A DNA stretch of 64,000 nt, taken from contig CAVUVW010000019.1 in assembly GCA_963745035.1 (NCBI GenBank), forward strand, positions 32,001 through 96,000, given 5' to 3'. Below, one piece after another: positions 62,160 through 64,000 of the stretch. Under the pieces are notes generated by a model. That model saw only the letters and a program-made list of their open reading frames with translations. It had not been told where the DNA came from and did no database searches. Position 1 is the first letter of the stretch, and each line of letters begins with the position of its first letter. The DNA is from an uncultured delta proteobacterium. GTDB lineage: Bacteria; Desulfobacterota; Binatia; UBA9968. Position numbers and translations under genes: made by a program.

Positions 62160-63173
62160 ATGAATTATCTCCGGGTGAACGTACGAAAACTCCGTGCTGT
62201 CTGTTTACTGATCGCATCCCTAGCAGCGCCGAATGCAGCTAGGGCGGCGGACAAGCTGGTAGCTTTGTATTCCGCGCATGCCGTTCCCTACGCGATGCCT
62301 TGGGTGGCGGAGGAATTGGGGCTGCTGAAGAAATACGACATCGATTTGGAGTTCGTTTATATACCGTCGTCGTCGGCCGCGACGGCGGCGCTTCTTGGCG
62401 GCAACGTCGAGATCGCATTATTGGGAGGTGTCGGCATCGTCAATGCATACGTCAACGGTGCCTCGGACGTGGTGTTCATCGGCAGCATAAAGAACATCAT
62501 GACTCAGAGCATTCTGGCCAAGCCCGACGTTACCAAGTTGGAGCAGCTCAAAGGCAAGCGCGTCGGCGTGACCCGCATCGGCAGCAACACGCACTACTTC
62601 ACGGTCCAGGCGTTTCGCCGCGCCGGCATGAACACGGACAAGGACATTATCTTCATTCAGACGGGCGGCGAAGCGGAAACCGTAGGCGCTCTCGTCAGCG
62701 GCCGCATCGATGCCGCGACTCTGCTGCCGCCGAGCGACGGCAAAGCGCTCGCTCAAGGATTCCGTTATGTCGTATTCGGGCCGGATATCGGCATCCCTTA
62801 CGCTGCATCGACGATTACGACGCGCCGTTCGGTGATCGGCAAGCGCGGTCCGGTCCTAGGCCGCTTTATGCGCGCCATGGCAGAAGCCTCCAGAGCGATG
62901 CATCGCGACCGGGAAATCGTTTACCGCGTGATGGAGAAGAAGCTGCGAATCAAAGATCGAGCCGTTCTAGAAAGCAGTTACAACATCGAGATGAAGGTGA
63001 TGGAGCCGCGCCTGGAAATCAAGCCTCAGGCGCTGCAGCCGATGATCGAAGAGGTCGCGAGAAATAATCCGCGGGCCAACGATGTCAAGCCGCAGGATTT
63101 GATGGACCGCCGGTATCTCGCTGAAATGGAGAGTAGCGGGTTTTTCAAACAGCTGTGGAACGAGAAGCGCTGA
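62160..63173 (+). CDS. ABC substrate-binding protein, NMT1/SsuA-like
   Basis: Signal peptide, LKGKRVGVTRIGS, EMESSGFF. Confidence 0.88.
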   Translation: MNYLRVNVRKLRAVCLLIASLAAPNAARAADKLVALYSAHAVPYAMPWVAEELGLLKKYDIDLEFVYIPSSSAATAALLGGNVEIALLGGVGIVNAYVNGASDVVFIGSIKNIMTQSILAKPDVTKLEQLKGKRVGVTRIGSNTHYFTVQAFRRAGMNTDKDIIFIQTGGEAETVGALVSGRIDAATLLPPSDGKALAQGFRYVVFGPDIGIPYAASTITTRRSVIGKRGPVLGRFMRAMAEASRAMHRDREIVYRVMEKKLRIKDRAVLESSYNIEMKVMEPRLEIKPQALQPMIEEVARNNPRANDVKPQDLMDRRYLAEMESSGFFKQLWNEKR

Positions 63174-63180
63174 CGTACAA

Positions 63181-63251
63181 CGATCGAGGATAGAGGATGG
63201 AAGATGGAGGATCCAATTTCGCCATCCTCTAGCCTCGATCCTCCATCCTCG
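63181..63251. repeat. Heptamer (GAGGATG/CATCCTC) tandem repeats in inverted arrangement
   Basis: gaggatagaggatggaagatggaggat ... catcctctagcctcgatcctccatcctc between convergent genes. Confidence 0.7.
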
Positions 63252-63270
63252 GTCTCCTTCTTCTCTCGAG

Positions 63271-64000
63271 CTACCGCACCGGCAAATCGTCCTCCTTCAA
63301 GTTAAACCACTTCCGCGCGTTCTCGCCCAGGACGTGGCGCAGTTTGTCTTCGGTCATGCCGGGGATTTTCTCGACTTCGCGCACGGAGTCGGGAAATTCG
63401 GAATCCCAGTGGCGGTAGTCCGACGCGTACATGACCTGGGTGATGCCGATATCGTCGAGGACGTAGGGTAGGATCGTTTCTTCTGGCTCGCAGGTGAACG
63501 CCACTTGCGGGCTTTTGATGATTTCCGAAGGCTTGCGTTTGAGTAGCGGCCACTGCGGGCGCAGCTTATGGAAGTGCTCGTCCATCCGTTCGGACCAGAA
63601 AGGTAGCCAGCCGCAGGCGCCTTCCATGAAGCCGACTTTCAATTTTGGATAGCGGTCGAAGACTCCCTCTCCGATGAGATGCATGAGCGCGATCATCAAT
63701 TCGAACGGGAAAGACGTCATGTGCACGTAGCTGTACTTTTCCATGCGCTCGCTGCCCGCGCCCATCACCCCCCAAACTCCGTACTGGCCGTCGTGCTCGG
63801 TTTGCGGGTGGACGGACAGCGGCATGCCGATCTCCTGCGCCGCGGCGTACACCGGGTCGAATATGCGATGGCCCAAGTTGATGCCGTAAACGTTGGTCGG
63901 CAGCATGGCGCTGACAATCGAGCGATGCTGGGCGAGATATTCCAATTCTTTAACCGCTAACGCCGGCTCCTGCACGGGAATAAGTCCCACTCCTTTCAAG
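63271..64000 (-). CDS. Amidohydrolase-2 family protein, C-terminal part
   Basis: LSVHP, FMEGACGWLP, YASDYRHWD; the 5' end lies outside the window. Confidence 0.9.
   Translation of the reverse strand, partial: LKGVGLIPVQEPALAVKELEYLAQHRSIVSAMLPTNVYGINLGHRIFDPVYAAAQEIGMPLSVHPQTEHDGQYGVWGVMGAGSERMEKYSYVHMTSFPFELMIALMHLIGEGVFDRYPKLKVGFMEGACGWLPFWSERMDEHFHKLRPQWPLLKRKPSEIIKSPQVAFTCEPEETILPYVLDDIGITQVMYASDYRHWDSEFPDSVREVEKIPGMTEDKLRHVLGENARKWFNLKEDDLPVR

Overview
GC-rich bacterial chromosomal window with about 55 genes and no rRNA, tRNA, CRISPR array or transposase that I can support. The repeated NMT1/SsuA-like binding proteins, amidohydrolases and cupins suggest a Candidatus Binatia-like organism (inference). 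Contents from left to right: (1) a phosphate-starvation region with ppk1, tatA-phoX, an internally deleted phytase-like gene and several 11-bp-periodic Pho-box-like sites; (2) an ECF sigma/anti-sigma pair divergent from a YVTN-cupredoxin gene, with twin back-to-back promoters; (3) an extended selenoneine-like locus with senA-senB, egtD and an EgtUV/Opu-type ABC importer, interleaved with a GH84 O-GlcNAcase, an FGE-domain protein, LysE and a desaturase, with no selD/senC in the window; (4) uvrB-uvrC-comEC; (5) a plant-type threonine synthase/cystathionine gamma-synthase pair; (6) catabolic modules (orphan binding proteins, amidohydrolases, cupins, a Rieske oxygenase). The ORF track truncates a probable selenoprotein: a glutathione S-transferase whose active-site Cys codon is an in-frame TGA followed 11 nt later by a SECIS-like hairpin. 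Several single-base frameshifts look like sequencing indels.
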